A DNA stretch of 64,000 nucleotides from Syntrophorhabdaceae bacterium (GTDB taxonomy: Bacteria > Desulfobacterota > Syntrophorhabdia > Syntrophorhabdales > Syntrophorhabdaceae): assembly GCA_963666485.2 (NCBI GenBank), contig CAXXUO010000002.1, forward strand, positions 256,001 to 320,000. The letters are read 5' to 3'. How positions within the stretch are numbered: position 1 is the first letter of the stretch; each line of letters opens with the position of its first letter. Positions 61,937 to 64,000 of the stretch are shown here, piece after piece. The notes under the pieces are model-generated. The model was not told the origin of the DNA. It searched no databases and was given only the letters and a program-made list of their open reading frames with translations. A program made the position numbers and the translations under genes.

Positions 61937-62590
61937 TCAATCGGGCATTATCAGGCCATGCTTGATCGAAAATTTTATGAGTTCGGAATAATCTTTCAGC
62001 ATGAGCTTCGTCATGATGCGATGGCGGTATGTCGCAACGGTACTCGGCGCGAGAAACAAGATATCGGCCACATCCCTGTTTGATTTCCCTTCCGAAATGA
62101 GCTGCGTTATCTCTCTTTCCCGGCGCGTCAGTTTTTCGAAATAGTCGCCTTTTTCTTCCCTGTCACGGTACCTGATATAATCGTCTATGACCGTACCGCT
62201 GACGGAATCGCAGATATAACGTTTCCCGGAATATACCGCATTTATGGCCCGGATGAGCTCCTCACCCGCAAGCTCTTTCAAGAGATATGCCGATGCGCCC
62301 GCCTTGAATGCGCGGAATATGTGTTCCTGCGAGGCATTCATCGTCAATATGATGATCTTTGTCTCTTTGTGTTCCTCGCGAATCGCATCCGTAGCATCGA
62401 TGCCGTTCATCTCAGGCATGAAAATATCGAGGATGACGATGTCGGGTTTTTTCTTGAGGACCTCCCTCACCGCCTCCCGCCCGTTGGAACTCTCGCCTAC
62501 CACCGTGATGTTTCTTTCATTTTCCAGGAGCAGCCTGATCCCCTGTCTGAACATTATGTGGTCATCAGCCAGAAAAACATTAATACTCAT
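61937..62590 (-). CDS. NarL/FixJ family response regulator
   Basis: VFLADDH, PDIVILDIFMP, LTRREREI, TVATYRHRIMTKL. ATG 62590 overlaps the kinase stop. Confidence 0.93.
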   Translation of the reverse strand: MSINVFLADDHIMFRQGIRLLLENERNITVVGESSNGREAVREVLKKKPDIVILDIFMPEMNGIDATDAIREEHKETKIIILTMNASQEHIFRAFKAGASAYLLKELAGEELIRAINAVYSGKRYICDSVSGTVIDDYIRYRDREEKGDYFEKLTRREREITQLISEGKSNRDVADILFLAPSTVATYRHRIMTKLMLKDYSELIKFSIKHGLIMPD

Positions 62591-63716
62591 AAAGGCACCT
62601 CGACGAAGATGTGTGTTCCCTTTCCCAGGTCCGATGTGATCGTGCATGAGCCGCCGATCACTATCGACCGCTCTCTCATGGACAAAAGTCCCATGCCTTT
62701 TTGTCCGTTTCCCTTGCGTGATCGGGTCTTCTTGTATCCTATGCCGTTATCCCGGATGGCCAGAAGAAGCGAATTATCTTTCAGGTGGACATCGATCTCG
62801 ACCGCTGTTGCCCGGGCATGTTTGGACACGTTTGTCAGGGCTTCCCTGGCTATGAGAAAAAGCGTGCTTTCAATATGGGCCTCCGGCCTTGGATGCAGAT
62901 CTTTTCCCCTGACGTCCACCTCTATGCCTGTTTTTTCCGAAAATTGACGGGAATACCAGCGCAGGGCGGCGACCAGTCCATAGTCGTCGAGCACGGGAAG
63001 CCTCAATTCCGTAAGGATATTTCTTATCTTGGCCGTCGTGTCCTTGAGAAGCATTGCGGAGTCGCTGATTATTTTTTTCGTCGATACGAGAGATTCCTTC
63101 GACATAACAGATTGCAAGAGATTGAGATTGAGGCCGATCGTGCTCAAGTTTTGCCCGATCTGGTCATGGATCTCACGGGAGATACGTTTTTTTTTGCGCC
63201 TCTTCGGCCATTGCCAGACGACGGATAAGAGATTTCAACTCTTCGTAGACCTGGTTCAATTCCAGGGTCCTGGCCTTGACCCGCATCTCCAATTCGTCGC
63301 GTGCGGCTTATCAGCTCGTTTTCCAATTTCTTCTCGATCGTTATGTCAATGCCTACCGAAAGCACCTGGTGGATCTTGCCCTCACCGTCCACCAGTCCTC
63401 TGTTTGTCCAGGCAATAACAACGCGTTCCCCCGACTTCAGGATATTTTCATTGATGTTCTTGATATACCGGTCGGGGTCCTTGCAAACGTCTTGCATGAC
63501 ACGAGATAATTTTTGTCCCGAACTATCGGTCACGGGGACGATCGTACCGAGAATGTTCAATCCAATGAGTTCGTCAAGCTTAAAACCGAAAAATTCTGAC
63601 CCGTACCTGTTGATATACTGTATTGTCCCGGCAGGCGACCACAGGAGTATGATACTGTTTGCCATCTCGGCCAAATCTTCATAAAGCTGCGGCATTTTAT
63701 TCATAATCCGGCTCAC
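62587..63716 (-). pseudogene. PAS + HisKA_3 sensor kinase with one +1 frameshift
   Basis: The PAS part and the kinase part (RISREIHDQIGQNL, EALTNVSKHA, DNGIG, GMGL) are in different frames. Removing one A at about 63308-63309 joins them as ...ELIAARDELEMRV... Confidence 0.75.
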
Positions 63717-63888
63717 CCCACTGTAAGTAATGCACTATGGATTAATTATGTCAAAATAATTTTGATCATATCAAGGCCTGTTTCCTCTTTTCAACGATCA
63801 TTGATGCCGTTTGTCAACATCGGACGACAGACGCGCCCTATCCTGCCGATTAAACTTGAGGTCAAAAAAAGAGTATAAGGATGACGCT

Positions 63889-64000
63889 ATGGGCCTAGGC
63901 AGCGACCTGTTCAGAAAAAAATCGGTTTCATCCGTTTTGTCATCAGATTACGAGGGTACAGCCGGAAACGGCGAGGCGAGTCTTGTCAGGGCGCTTGGCG
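63889..64000 (+). CDS. Amino acid permease (APC family), N-terminus, truncated by window end
   Basis: MGLGSDLFRKKSV...SLVRALG is a typical start for cationic amino acid permeases. Confidence 0.6.
   Translation, partial: MGLGSDLFRKKSVSSVLSSDYEGTAGNGEASLVRALG

Overview
A 64-kb, fairly GC-rich bacterial segment. Gene content suggests an anaerobic deltaproteobacterium/Desulfobacterota, possibly Syntrophorhabdus-like (inference, no database search). In order, it holds: the 3' end of a class A PBP; a CDF transporter; an M48 lipoprotein peptidase; a complete RND efflux operon; a UxxC thioredoxin-fold selenoprotein that the ORF track splits at its TGA; BON and Slp lipoproteins; a large secreted protein with seven CPxC...CExxC coiled-coil modules, broken by apparent +1 frameshifts; and a compact putative RiPP cluster (two radical SAM/SPASM enzymes, a 66-aa Cys-rich precursor, an MFS exporter). 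Next come two converging operons that together form a near-complete, non-canonical TCA/proline-glutamate cycle: fumC, sdhAB, putA, icd on +; gdhA, an FMN 2-hydroxy-acid dehydrogenase, aconitase, gltA, SSA dehydrogenase and a 2-oxoglutarate-decarboxylase-like TPP enzyme on -. The rest is cfa, modA with a ModE box, a 1921-aa repeat autotransporter, a porin, and a locus with an ABC exporter, an archaeal-type methanogenesis marker 11 homolog, fused and split HATPase/GNAT paralogs, an MFS and a NarL-type two-component pair. Several families of short palindromic MITE/REP-like elements and heptamer arrays occupy the intergenic regions. I saw no rRNA, tRNA, CRISPR array or intact transposase. All product calls come from recognising motifs by eye.
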